Origin: a virus
Lineage: Duplodnaviria; Caudoviricetes
Virus record (IMG/VR): IMGVR_UViG_3300015370_000003
Location: 1 to 45,754 of that record
Length of the DNA: 45,754 nucleotides
Strand: one strand, 5' to 3'
The notes below the pieces were generated by a model that saw only the letters and a program-made list of their open reading frames with translations, ran no database searches and had not been told where the DNA came from. Position numbers and translations under genes: made by a program. Shown one piece after another: positions 7,887 through 15,654 of the stretch; the stretch's first letter is position 1; each line of letters begins with the position of its first letter.

Positions 7887-8210
7887 ATGAAAATAGACTT
7901 AAAGCCAGTAAGCATAAATGAGGCTTTTCAAGGTAAAAGATTTAAAACACAAAAATGCAAAGATTTTGAACAACAATTCTTTTTTCTTGCTAAAAAAAAG
8001 AAAATGATTAAAGGTATTGTTGAAGTTGAATATAAGTTTCATTTAAAAAATCATAAAATGGCTGATTATGATAATTACATTAAAATTTTACAGGACATGA
8101 TTGTTAAGTGTGGCTATATTGAAGACGACAGAAAAATATATAAAGCGACAATTTATAAAATTAAATCAAAAACTGATTATATAGAATTTAAAATAAAGAA
8201 ATTAAAATAA
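7887..8210 (+). CDS. rusA: RusA-like Holliday junction resolvase
   Basis: PVSIN...DYDNYIKILQD...IEDDRKI motif. Confidence 0.8.
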   Translation: MKIDLKPVSINEAFQGKRFKTQKCKDFEQQFFFLAKKKKMIKGIVEVEYKFHLKNHKMADYDNYIKILQDMIVKCGYIEDDRKIYKATIYKIKSKTDYIEFKIKKLK

Positions 8211-8221
8211 TTAACAGCTAT

Positions 8222-8287
8222 CTGCCGGCGGTAAAAATATCAACCTCCTTCATAAATTTATTGCCAAAATAAATTCACCGCCGGCAG
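8222..8287 (+). ncRNA. GC-clamped hairpin with anti-SD / anti-AUG loop
   Basis: CTGCCGGCGGT / ACCGCCGGCAG stem; loop contains ATCAACCTCCTTCATAAATT. Confidence 0.5.
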
Positions 8288-8316
8288 TTAAGTGTTCATT
8301 AATATAATTTTAGCCC

Positions 8317-8502
8317 AGCCCAGAACGGAATGACAGTCCGGAAAGACGGCTAGGCGTGTGGCGCGCTGAAGATTTAATTTAATGCTGATTAAACGCCAAT
8401 TAAGGTTGTAAAGTCCGTGCCAGCTTAATTGCTAATCGCAGGATACCGAGTTAATCAGGAATAATGTGTGCGACACTGCAATTTCGTGTTCTGTTCTGGG
8501 TT
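8317..8502 (+). ncRNA. Putative ~185-nt structured RNA
   Basis: Closing stem AGCCCAGAACGGAA / TTCTGTTCTGGGTT; internal GACAGTCCGGAAAGACGGC; CAATTAAG/CTTAATTG and CTGATTAA/TTAATCAG pairs; no long ORF. Confidence 0.5.
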
Positions 8503-8525
8503 AAGATTATATACAGGAGGCTAAA

Positions 8526-8708
8526 ATGCTGTGTGGAAGCAAGCAGTTTATACTTGAGGCGTTAAAGAAAAAGCCGGAGCAAAGATGTCAATGCGAGAAT
8601 TACAGTTGTTACGCTCTTTATATCAGAGGAGGCAAAGGCAATTATTGGTCTTTAGCAATATGGTCGCACGAAAAACAAAAAGTGGAACATAAATTAATGG
8701 AGGCGTAA
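8526..8708 (+). CDS. Small hypothetical protein, SD-led
   Basis: AGGAGG five bases before the ATG. Confidence 0.65.
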   Translation: MLCGSKQFILEALKKKPEQRCQCENYSCYALYIRGGKGNYWSLAIWSHEKQKVEHKLMEA

Positions 8709-8709
8709 A

Positions 8710-8889
8710 ATGAAAGAATTTGTAATAGTTTGCATTTATTGCAAAAAAATAATTGGCTGTTATCAAAATGAACACAAAAAAAGTTGTGATATGATATGTT
8801 TTCACGAAAAAAGAGAATGCCCAAAAACAAACAACATATCACACGGAGTTTGTGATAAATGTTATTGGGAGCAAGAAAATGTTAGTTAG
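8710..8889 (+). CDS. Cys-rich mini-protein (59 aa; below the ORF-track cutoff)
   Basis: Manual translation MKEFVIVCIYCKKIIGCY...SHGVCDKC; GGAGG upstream. Confidence 0.65.
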   Translation: MKEFVIVCIYCKKIIGCYQNEHKKSCDMICFHEKRECPKTNNISHGVCDKCYWEQENVS

Positions 8890-9088
8890 AATTTGCAGGG
8901 CTTGTCTTCGTCCTCTTGGATGTTGGAAAGACGGCAAAAATTATCAATGCAGAAAAGACGGCGATCATTGCTTGGAAGCGAATTGTTTTTGCCCGATAAC
9001 AAGGAATAATGGCGTGATGTATGGATATTGTGCAAATTGTAAACTTGAGGCTGAACAATTGTCAGATAATTGTAAAGAAGCGGTTTAA
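8879..9088 (+). CDS. Cys-rich mini-protein, likely paralog of the previous gene
   Basis: MLVRICRACLRPLGCW...YGYCANC; GGGAG upstream of ATG 8879. Confidence 0.65.
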   Translation: MLVRICRACLRPLGCWKDGKNYQCRKDGDHCLEANCFCPITRNNGVMYGYCANCKLEAEQLSDNCKEAV

Positions 9089-9146
9089 TCGTTCTTTTAG
9101 CAGTCTTTTTTTCAGACTGCTAACTAAAAATTAATTAATTAAATAT

Positions 9147-9380
9147 ATGAAAATGTTACAAAAAATAATAATTTATTTGTTTGAAAAATACGCTTATAAT
9201 TATTGGATTGAGAAAGAAGAAGAAAAAATAAAAGACTACATTGAAAAACACGGTTGCTCACAAGAAGAGTTTGATGAGCATTTGAAAGTATATTCAAGAA
9301 TAGAACTAGAAAAAGCTTCCAATCAGGCTTATAATCAAGGTTGTGTGGATATGATAGAAAAAAACTTAACTAAAAATTAA
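9147..9380 (+). CDS. Hypothetical protein
   Basis: ORF with typical AT-rich leader. Confidence 0.6.
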   Translation: MKMLQKIIIYLFEKYAYNYWIEKEEEKIKDYIEKHGCSQEEFDEHLKVYSRIELEKASNQAYNQGCVDMIEKNLTKN

Positions 9381-9540
9381 TTAAATAAGGAAATAAAATG
9401 AAAAATGAATATAAATACATAATGCGGCTTTATAATACTGAAAACAAAAAAAATATTCATTTTCAAATAAAAGAAGATTTTTGGAAAACAAAATCTAAAA
9501 AAATAGGAAAAATAATAAAAAATGCTATAAAAAAAATACA

Positions 9541-9840
9541 ATGACATTACAACAACTAAAAGAAGATGCAAATAAAGAGTTTGATAAAAAAATAAGAAAA
9601 AAAAACTATGGAGCTTGTTTTGAATGTTGCGATTACGAGAATATTATGAATAATATTAAAGACTTCATAGACTTTTTAATAATTAAAGCATACGAAGAAG
9701 GAAAGAAAGAAAATAAAAAATATGTTGATAAAATTTATTGTGTTTGTGTTGATTGCGGAATAGAAATTCCGTTTGGGGAAGTACAATGTAGCGAGTGTAG
9801 AATGGAAAGAAAGAAAGAAAACAGAAATAATAAGAAATAA
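9541..9840 (+). CDS. Hypothetical protein with C-terminal CxxC-CxxC
   Basis: CVDCG...CSEC. Confidence 0.6.
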   Translation: MTLQQLKEDANKEFDKKIRKKNYGACFECCDYENIMNNIKDFIDFLIIKAYEEGKKENKKYVDKIYCVCVDCGIEIPFGEVQCSECRMERKKENRNNKK

Positions 9841-9861
9841 TTTGCGAGATAAATATAAAAT

Positions 9862-10044
9862 ATGAGTAACTTCATCGCAAAAATAAAACACCCGGAAACA
9901 GGAAAAATCGTTGGAGCTGTCTTTATAGATAATTATTTTGGCGAGCATAAATATGGCGTTAAAATTGAGGGCGAAGTCGTTGTGCGAAAATTATTTGGTG
10001 ATTATTTAAAACTTTGCGAAGATTATAAAAATAAAAAAGTTTAA
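9862..10044 (+). CDS. Hypothetical protein
   Basis: ORF in operon. Confidence 0.6.
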   Translation: MSNFIAKIKHPETGKIVGAVFIDNYFGEHKYGVKIEGEVVVRKLFGDYLKLCEDYKNKKV

Positions 10045-10053
10045 TAAAAAAAT

Positions 10054-10932
10054 ATGGAGGATATAACACAAAAATTAATAAAAATTATTCAGCCGGTTAA
10101 AATCGGCACTAGAGTTTCACAAAATTTCGGCAAGCCTGCAAACGATTTTTTGGCTAAAAAGTATAAAGAATTTGGATTAGTTGATGCAAACGGTAATCCT
10201 TTTCATAATGGAATAGATTTTGCTTGCCCGTCAGGAACGCCGACATTTGCCGTAATTAACGGCAACACAAAGTCTTGCGGTTATAATAATACAGCAGGCA
10301 ATTATGTTGTTTACGAAACTGATACAATTCAAGGCGAAGGCTTCAAGTATAAATTGGAGTTTTTTAATTATCATCTTAAAAAAGTTTTTGTTAAATCAGG
10401 AAGTTTTGTGGAAATGGGGCAAAAAATTGCAGAAACAGATAACACAGGATTTTCAACTGGCGCGCATGAACATTTTGGCGCAAGATTATGGGTTATGAAG
10501 ACAATGGAAGGCAAGGATTTTTTCGTAAAATACCAAAATGATTATATGGGATATATCAACCCTGCTGATTTGTTTGTTGACAGAATAGGAACTTTGCCAG
10601 TTGATAAGTATTACGGAAGAGAAAGAAATTGGCTTTTAGAGTTTGCTTTTAGATTTGCTAATTTGCCGCCAAAAACAATCAAGATGCCATTTTTAATGCA
10701 AAGAGTTAAAGCGGGTCAATATGTTCATAGAAAATTGATAAACGCAGGTAGGAAGCCGCCTATTTTAACAGATAGAGAGTTAAACGCCTTGATATATGGT
10801 GCTTGGGATATTGACAGTGTTTTAGATCCGTCAATGTTTGCATTATGGGCGTATTTTTCAAATTCAGAATATATGTTTAAAAAACAAAATGGCATTAAAA
10901 TAACAACGCCATTAATAAGCGGAGGAATTTAA
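10054..10932 (+). CDS. M23-family peptidase, probable endolysin
   Basis: HNGIDF (HxxxD), NYHL, DNTGFSTGAHEHF (HxH), YINP. Confidence 0.85.
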   Translation: MEDITQKLIKIIQPVKIGTRVSQNFGKPANDFLAKKYKEFGLVDANGNPFHNGIDFACPSGTPTFAVINGNTKSCGYNNTAGNYVVYETDTIQGEGFKYKLEFFNYHLKKVFVKSGSFVEMGQKIAETDNTGFSTGAHEHFGARLWVMKTMEGKDFFVKYQNDYMGYINPADLFVDRIGTLPVDKYYGRERNWLLEFAFRFANLPPKTIKMPFLMQRVKAGQYVHRKLINAGRKPPILTDRELNALIYGAWDIDSVLDPSMFALWAYFSNSEYMFKKQNGIKITTPLISGGI

Positions 10933-10934
10933 AA

Positions 10935-11297
10935 ATGTTCAAGCGTTCAAAAGAAAACGAGGAGAAATATAAAAAACATTTAGCCAAACTTAAAAAAAAG
11001 TTAAATGGAAAGTGTCCATTTTGTCTTCTGGATAAATTACAAGTCAAAGTAGTTTTTAAAAATTCTATTGCCACTATTTTTGAAAATCAATTTCCATATA
11101 AAGATGTGAAAAGTCATCTTGTCGTAGTTGGTTCGCACACAGCAGATTATACTACATTGCTTGATTTTATTGAGGTTTATTTTAAAAAATATAAACAATA
11201 TAATATATATATCAAGCCGAAAGGATCTGTTTGTCATCCGCATATCCATTTACTGAAAGTTAAGAAAACAGATATTGAAAACATAAAAAAAAAGTAA
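10935..11297 (+). CDS. HIT-family nucleotide hydrolase-like protein
   Basis: CPFC...ENQFPY...HLVV...SVCHPHIH. Confidence 0.7.
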   Translation: MFKRSKENEEKYKKHLAKLKKKLNGKCPFCLLDKLQVKVVFKNSIATIFENQFPYKDVKSHLVVVGSHTADYTTLLDFIEVYFKKYKQYNIYIKPKGSVCHPHIHLLKVKKTDIENIKKK

Positions 11298-11308
11298 AAC
11301 ACATTTTT

Positions 11309-11647
11309 ATGGTTTACGTAAAAAAAGAAAAGCATAAAACAAAAAACATTTATTATTCATTGAATTTTCTCATCGTTTTAAATGTTGATAGTAAAAAATA
11401 TGTAGTTGGCACTTTTCATAGAATACAAGGAAAGTTTATATTTAAGTATATTGATAATCCATATATAATTTTTTTAAATTTTGACATTAAAAAGAAAAAG
11501 CATACAAGTGATGTTTTATGGCAGGAAATTGTTGACAGAGTTCCGCAAAAATACAGATTAGCATACCCCAAAAGACCAGTGGAGGAATTTTTATCACAGA
11601 CTGGTGGAAAAATAGAAACAGATAATTTTGAATTTATAAGTTATTAA
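11309..11647 (+). CDS. HipA N-terminal-domain-like protein
   Basis: VVGTF...FIFKY...DRVP...TGGKIETDNFEF resembles stand-alone HipA-N-like domains; recognised by eye. Confidence 0.4.
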   Translation: MVYVKKEKHKTKNIYYSLNFLIVLNVDSKKYVVGTFHRIQGKFIFKYIDNPYIIFLNFDIKKKKHTSDVLWQEIVDRVPQKYRLAYPKRPVEEFLSQTGGKIETDNFEFISY

Positions 11648-11649
11648 AT

Positions 11650-11997
11650 ATGAAAAATGAGATTTGTCTTGAATGCCAAAACTGTGGTAGAAAAACGCTT
11701 TTTAATGATTTGTCTTTATGGCTTGATAAGTTTACAGATTATTTTGATTTGATTGAATTTAATAAAACGGCAGAAGATATTTATATGATTAATTTTCCGG
11801 ATTATTTATTAATTGATATTAAATTAAAAGAAAAGTATAAAAAATTGCTTGAAAAGAAAAATCCTTTATACACAACGTATAAAATGAAAAACAAATATGG
11901 CAAATATGATAAATACGCCGAAACAATAAAAATAATTTTATATAAAAAAACAGTAAAAAAAGGAATTTATTTGTGTAATAAATGTAAAAATAGTTGA
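11650..11997 (+). CDS. Hypothetical protein with terminal CxxC motifs
   Basis: CQNC at the N terminus, CNKC at the C terminus. Confidence 0.55.
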   Translation: MKNEICLECQNCGRKTLFNDLSLWLDKFTDYFDLIEFNKTAEDIYMINFPDYLLIDIKLKEKYKKLLEKKNPLYTTYKMKNKYGKYDKYAETIKIILYKKTVKKGIYLCNKCKNS

Positions 11998-12019
11998 TAA
12001 AATTAAATAAATAATTAAC

Positions 12020-12050
12020 AAAAAAAAGAGAAAATCAATTCTCTTTTTTA
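12020..12050. terminator. Probable bidirectional terminator between convergent arms
   Basis: AAAAAAGAGAA..TTCTCTTTTTT between convergent ORFs. Confidence 0.55.
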
Positions 12051-12093
12051 TATGTTTTTTTGAATGATAAAATAGAAAAAATTAAAAGCAAAA

Positions 12094-12381
12094 TTATGAT
12101 TGACATACTTTTTTTTCTTTTGTTTTTTCTTTTATATATTTTCTACATTTGTTGCAAGTTTTCAGATTTTTATTATCTTTTTCTGTGAATTTTTTTCCGC
12201 ATCTGACGCAATATCCGATACGCAGTCTTCTTTTTTGTATATTTTTTCTGTTTATTTCGGCGCATTTTTCACATGTTTTTCTGTCTTGTCTTTTTTCGGC
12301 GTAAAAACATTGTGAACAAACACCTAATTCAAAAGCAAAGTTTATTAACTTCACTCTTTTTTCTTTTAGTTGTTTTGTCAT
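12094..12381 (-). CDS. Zn-finger-rich basic protein
   Basis: Four CxxC motifs. Confidence 0.7.
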   Translation of the reverse strand: MTKQLKEKRVKLINFAFELGVCSQCFYAEKRQDRKTCEKCAEINRKNIQKRRLRIGYCVRCGKKFTEKDNKNLKTCNKCRKYIKEKTKEKKVCQS

Positions 12382-12443
12382 AGTTTTTTATTTAATTAAT
12401 TAACTGAATAGCTTAATTTTCATTAAGCTAAACAGTCAAGCAA

Positions 12444-12608
12444 TTATTCAAATTCTGGTATTCCCGCCCACTCTCTCAATAAAACATCGCCCTCGTCAAT
12501 ATGTTCTGCTAAACTTTGCAATTCTGCTATCTCTCCACAACTGATATTTTCGTTTTTAATCTGTTTTCTTAAATAGTTTAGTCTTGAGTTGATTTTTTTG
12601 TTTGTCAT
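12444..12608 (-). CDS. Small hypothetical protein (54 aa)
   Basis: Manual translation MTNKKINSRLNYLRKQI...REWAGIPEFE; ATGA overlap with the upstream gene. Confidence 0.6.
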   Translation of the reverse strand: MTNKKINSRLNYLRKQIKNENISCGEIAELQSLAEHIDEGDVLLREWAGIPEFE

Positions 12609-12790
12609 AGGTATTTTTTTAGTTTGTTTTTTCTTTCAGTAATAAGTTTTTTGATACCAATTAAAGTGTCAGCCATAAGTCGGTTACTCGTTTCGTTGCA
12701 AAAGCTATCTATATCAAATATTATTGTGTAGTAGTAGCCGTTTTCGTTTCTACTTATAGTGTGTCCTTTGTAAGTGATTTCTTTTTTCAT
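12605..12790 (-). CDS. Small hypothetical protein
   Basis: ORF with the repeated leftward leader. Confidence 0.65.
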   Translation of the reverse strand: MKKEITYKGHTISRNENGYYYTIIFDIDSFCNETSNRLMADTLIGIKKLITERKNKLKKYL

Positions 12791-12852
12791 AGGTTTTTAT
12801 TTTAAATTAATTAATTAGCCTAAAGGCTTATAAAAGCCCAAAGGTCAAGCAA

Positions 12853-12993
12853 TTAAGTATTGTGTTTCATTTGACAATCTTTACAATAAATATATTCTGT
12901 ATTTGGTGGTAATTTCCAATCTTTAAACTCTTTTTTTAAATAAACAGTTTCACAAAATAAACATTTTACTTTATTATTTTTAATCTTTTTCAT
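12853..12993 (-). CDS. Small Zn-ribbon protein (46 aa)
   Basis: Manual translation with CLFC...CKDC. Confidence 0.55.
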   Translation of the reverse strand: MKKIKNNKVKCLFCETVYLKKEFKDWKLPPNTEYIYCKDCQMKHNT

Positions 12994-13099
12994 AAAATTA
13001 TTTAGTTAGCAATAGGATTATTTCAATTAATAAGTGAAGTAATACTATCAAAATACATGCTGTAAAATAACCTTTCCAATAGTTTTTATTCATATAAAT

Positions 13100-13273
13100 T
13101 TAATTTATTTGTAGTAAAAGTTCTTTGTATTCTTTTTTTAGTCTTAATCTTTCTTGTTTATGTTCTTTATCTATGTCATAACTTGTATCTGACAAAGTTT
13201 TTACTGCAATTTTTAATTCTTTAATAGCCTCATTTTTGGGCAATTTTAAAATCTGTTCTTTAAATGTTTTCAT
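13100..13273 (-). CDS. Small hypothetical protein (57 aa)
   Basis: Manual translation MKTFKEQILKLPK...; repeated leader. Confidence 0.55.
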   Translation of the reverse strand: MKTFKEQILKLPKNEAIKELKIAVKTLSDTSYDIDKEHKQERLRLKKEYKELLLQIN

Positions 13274-13292
13274 AGGTTTTTTTATTAATTAA

Positions 13293-13535
13293 TTATCTGA
13301 AGGTGGCTAAAAATAGCCACCTTCGTGTTTCAAGATTTCCCGATTCAGTTAAAAAATAAATTGTTGCTGTTCTAGGTTGTCCATAATAGTTTCCTATTTG
13401 TGGCGTTGTTCTTCTGTAATATCCTTTTTCGTAAAGATCATTGCCCGCTTTGCGATATTGATAAACAGTCTCATGCATTAATTCAATACATTGGTTTTTT
13501 GTTAGACCTAAATTTCTTCCTGTTTTAATTTTCAT
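13293..13535 (-). CDS. Small hypothetical protein
   Basis: ORF with the repeated leader AATTAATAAAAAAAATGTT-ATG. Confidence 0.65.
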   Translation of the reverse strand: MKIKTGRNLGLTKNQCIELMHETVYQYRKAGNDLYEKGYYRRTTPQIGNYYGQPRTATIYFLTESGNLETRRWLFLATFR

Positions 13536-13603
13536 AACATTTTTTTTATTAATTAATTATCTAATAAAGAGGCGTAAAAACTTTACGCCTAATTATCAAA
13601 AAA

Positions 13604-13777
13604 CTAATCTCTTATTGTCATTTCGGCATCTTTTGTTATATCACCATCAATTCTGACAATGTATTTTGTTTTATCATTTAGAGCACCCTCTTTGTGTTTA
13701 TTGTCGCATTTAATAAACGTGTCAAATAGATATTCTGCACCACCGGTTGTTTTGTGATAATACAATTTAATGTCCAT
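13604..13777 (-). CDS. Small hypothetical protein (57 aa)
   Basis: Manual translation MDIKLYYHKTTGGAEYLF... Confidence 0.55.
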   Translation of the reverse strand: MDIKLYYHKTTGGAEYLFDTFIKCDNKHKEGALNDKTKYIVRIDGDITKDAEMTIRD

Positions 13778-13840
13778 ACTTTTTAAAGTTATTTATTAAT
13801 TAATTAGCCACAAGGCTTTGCAAGCCCTGCGGTCAAGTAA

Positions 13841-14161
13841 TTAAACTTTAATCTTAAAATGTCCGTTGTCTGAATTGTCGCCGTCCATTTCATTTTTACC
13901 TAAATATAAATTGTTTTCAATCCGTTTTTCATCTTTTGTTATATGTCTAATAAAGTCCACCATAACTGTATTTGGCTCTAATCTGTCAATAGGATTAAAA
14001 TATGGATTTCCTTGCTCACTTTGTTCTTGTTTTAACTCTGCTAAATATTCTTTAGCCCTGTTTAAAAGATCTTTTCCGTCCCAATGACTGAACAATGTTA
14101 CGCTCTCGTCCTCGTCCTCTTTTGTTTTTTTAACAAAAGAAATTGAAATTCTGTTTCCCAT
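13841..14161 (-). CDS. Hypothetical phage early-type protein
   Basis: MGNRISI...LFSHWDG...GDNSDNG; repeated leader. Confidence 0.7.
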   Translation of the reverse strand: MGNRISISFVKKTKEDEDESVTLFSHWDGKDLLNRAKEYLAELKQEQSEQGNPYFNPIDRLEPNTVMVDFIRHITKDEKRIENNLYLGKNEMDGDNSDNGHFKIKV

Positions 14162-14194
14162 AAATTTTTTTTATTAATTAATTATATTTTTTAT

Positions 14195-14223
14195 TTGACT
14201 TTTTACTTAAAAATAGATAAAAT
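14195..14223 (+). promoter_or_regulatory. sigma70 promoter firing antisense to the leftward operon
   Basis: TTGACT(14195-14200)-17 bp-TAAAAT(14218-14223). Confidence 0.55.
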
Positions 14224-14254
14224 ATAAATAGGATTCGTTTTTGATTTTGTGGGG

Positions 14255-14288
14255 TGGGGCGGCTATATCTTCACATATAGCCGCCCCA
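14255..14288. terminator. Perfect 14-bp GC-rich hairpin (terminator or small-RNA 3' end)
   Basis: TGGGGCGGCTATAT-cttcac-ATATAGCCGCCCCA; no clear U-tract on either side. Confidence 0.5.
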
Positions 14289-14295
14289 TAAAGGG

Positions 14296-14586
14296 CTAAT
14301 TAACAAAAATTCTTGATCCGGACGACAAATCGTACATTGTGCGGTGCTGATATTTCCAAGCCTTAAACTCTGCAATTCTGCGATTTTGGCAAATTATAGC
14401 AATATCAATATACTTCCGCCCCCTTGCCTCCCAAGAGGTAATAAAGGCATCGTCAATATCTTCCATTTTTGCGATATTCATCAATCTTGTTTCTTGTAGT
14501 GGCGAATATTCACAATTTAGACCCAGATTTACCTGAAAGCCGGAGTCTATAATCTGATGTTTTCCGGTTTTTACATTCTTAAACAT
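14296..14586 (-). CDS. Hypothetical protein, SD-led
   Basis: GGAG upstream of the ATG on the minus strand. Confidence 0.65.
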   Translation of the reverse strand: MFKNVKTGKHQIIDSGFQVNLGLNCEYSPLQETRLMNIAKMEDIDDAFITSWEARGRKYIDIAIICQNRRIAEFKAWKYQHRTMYDLSSGSRIFVN

Positions 14587-14653
14587 TTTTTTGACTCCAT
14601 TTGTTAGGGGTTAAAGAACAGATTACAAGGGATTATCATAATCCCCTGAATAT

Positions 14654-14959
14654 CTATTTTTTAAAATTTTCTGTTTGGTCTAGATTAAAAACTTTTGCAA
14701 AGCCCAGCGGTATAGATACATTTTTTATTTTTTGTTTGCCTTTTTCATTTTTAACAGTAGTTTGAAAAGTGTTAAACCCTTTGAAGACTGAAATTGCTTT
14801 GCTTCCTTTTTTAATTTTTAGCCCTTTTTCTTTTGCCTGCAAAAAAGTCAGCCATTCATCAGATTTGAATCCGTTTTTAATTTTTGCGTTCTGTAACTCT
14901 GCTTGATTTCTGCCTTGATACTCATTCCCTGAAAAATAATTAAATTGAGTGTTTTCCAT
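14654..14959 (-). CDS. ArdC N-terminal-like ssDNA-binding (anti-restriction-type) protein
   Basis: NYFSGNEYQGRN...WLTFLQAKEKGLKIKKGSKA...VFNLDQT. Confidence 0.75.
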   Translation of the reverse strand: MENTQFNYFSGNEYQGRNQAELQNAKIKNGFKSDEWLTFLQAKEKGLKIKKGSKAISVFKGFNTFQTTVKNEKGKQKIKNVSIPLGFAKVFNLDQTENFKK

Positions 14960-15336
14960 AACATTTTTTTTATTAATTAATTATTTACAAGGGCTTATTT
15001 AAGCCCCTATTTAACAATCAATTAAAATTGCCAAGCCGACCAGAGAAAGCAGATTATTATACCGATATAACAGAGAGTTTCATATTTTGGCGTGGGATTA
15101 TTAATTTCCCGCCAGCCTTTTTGAAATTTATTCATAACATTTTTTTTATTAATTATATAATTGAATAGCGGAGAACAGAGCAAATGTGTAATAATATATA
15201 TGTATATTCACTTGATGACCTCCGCATATCTCGATATAATTAATGTATTCAGTTGTCAAATAACTTGTATTGCCTTGTTCACCGACCCAGTCTCATTTGG
15301 TAATATTGTGTGTTCTCTCTCTCTTTATCTATATAC

Positions 15337-15365
15337 ATCATACACCCTGCAATACAATATGTCAA
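15337..15365 (-). promoter_or_regulatory. Strong leftward sigma70 promoter
   Basis: Minus strand TTGACA(15365-15360)-17 bp-TATGAT(15342-15337); DnaA box TTATCCACA at 15416-15424. Confidence 0.75.
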
Positions 15366-15610
15366 TACCCCAGACAATATGTAAATCTACATAAATAATG
15401 CAATGCATTAAAAAGTTATCCACAAGCACACAAAAAACATTTAAAAGAAAAGAAAAGAAAAAGATAAAAAAAAAAGATATATAAAGATATACCGAACAAA
15501 ATACCGAACAGAAATTTAAGAAAAAAAAGAGAAGAAAGAGGTGTAAATACCTATGCAATACAGAGAAACACGCTTAGAACGCAATTTTAAGCCTCAAATT
15601 TTCGCTAAAT

Positions 15611-15639
15611 TTGATATATCATAATAAATAGGATAAAAT
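15611..15639 (+). promoter_or_regulatory. sigma70 promoter upstream of a putative ncRNA
   Basis: TTGATA(15611-15616)-17 bp-TAAAAT(15634-15639). Confidence 0.55.
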
Positions 15640-15654
15640 AATATAAATACTATA

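Noticed and set aside
8317-8502. tRNA gene
   Set aside because: No T-loop GTTCRA, acceptor stem or cloverleaf could be identified.
15161-15558. ORFs 15161..15394 (+) and 15325..15558 (-)
   Set aside because: Low-complexity translations overlapping a promoter, a leader and poly-purine tracts; likely non-coding.
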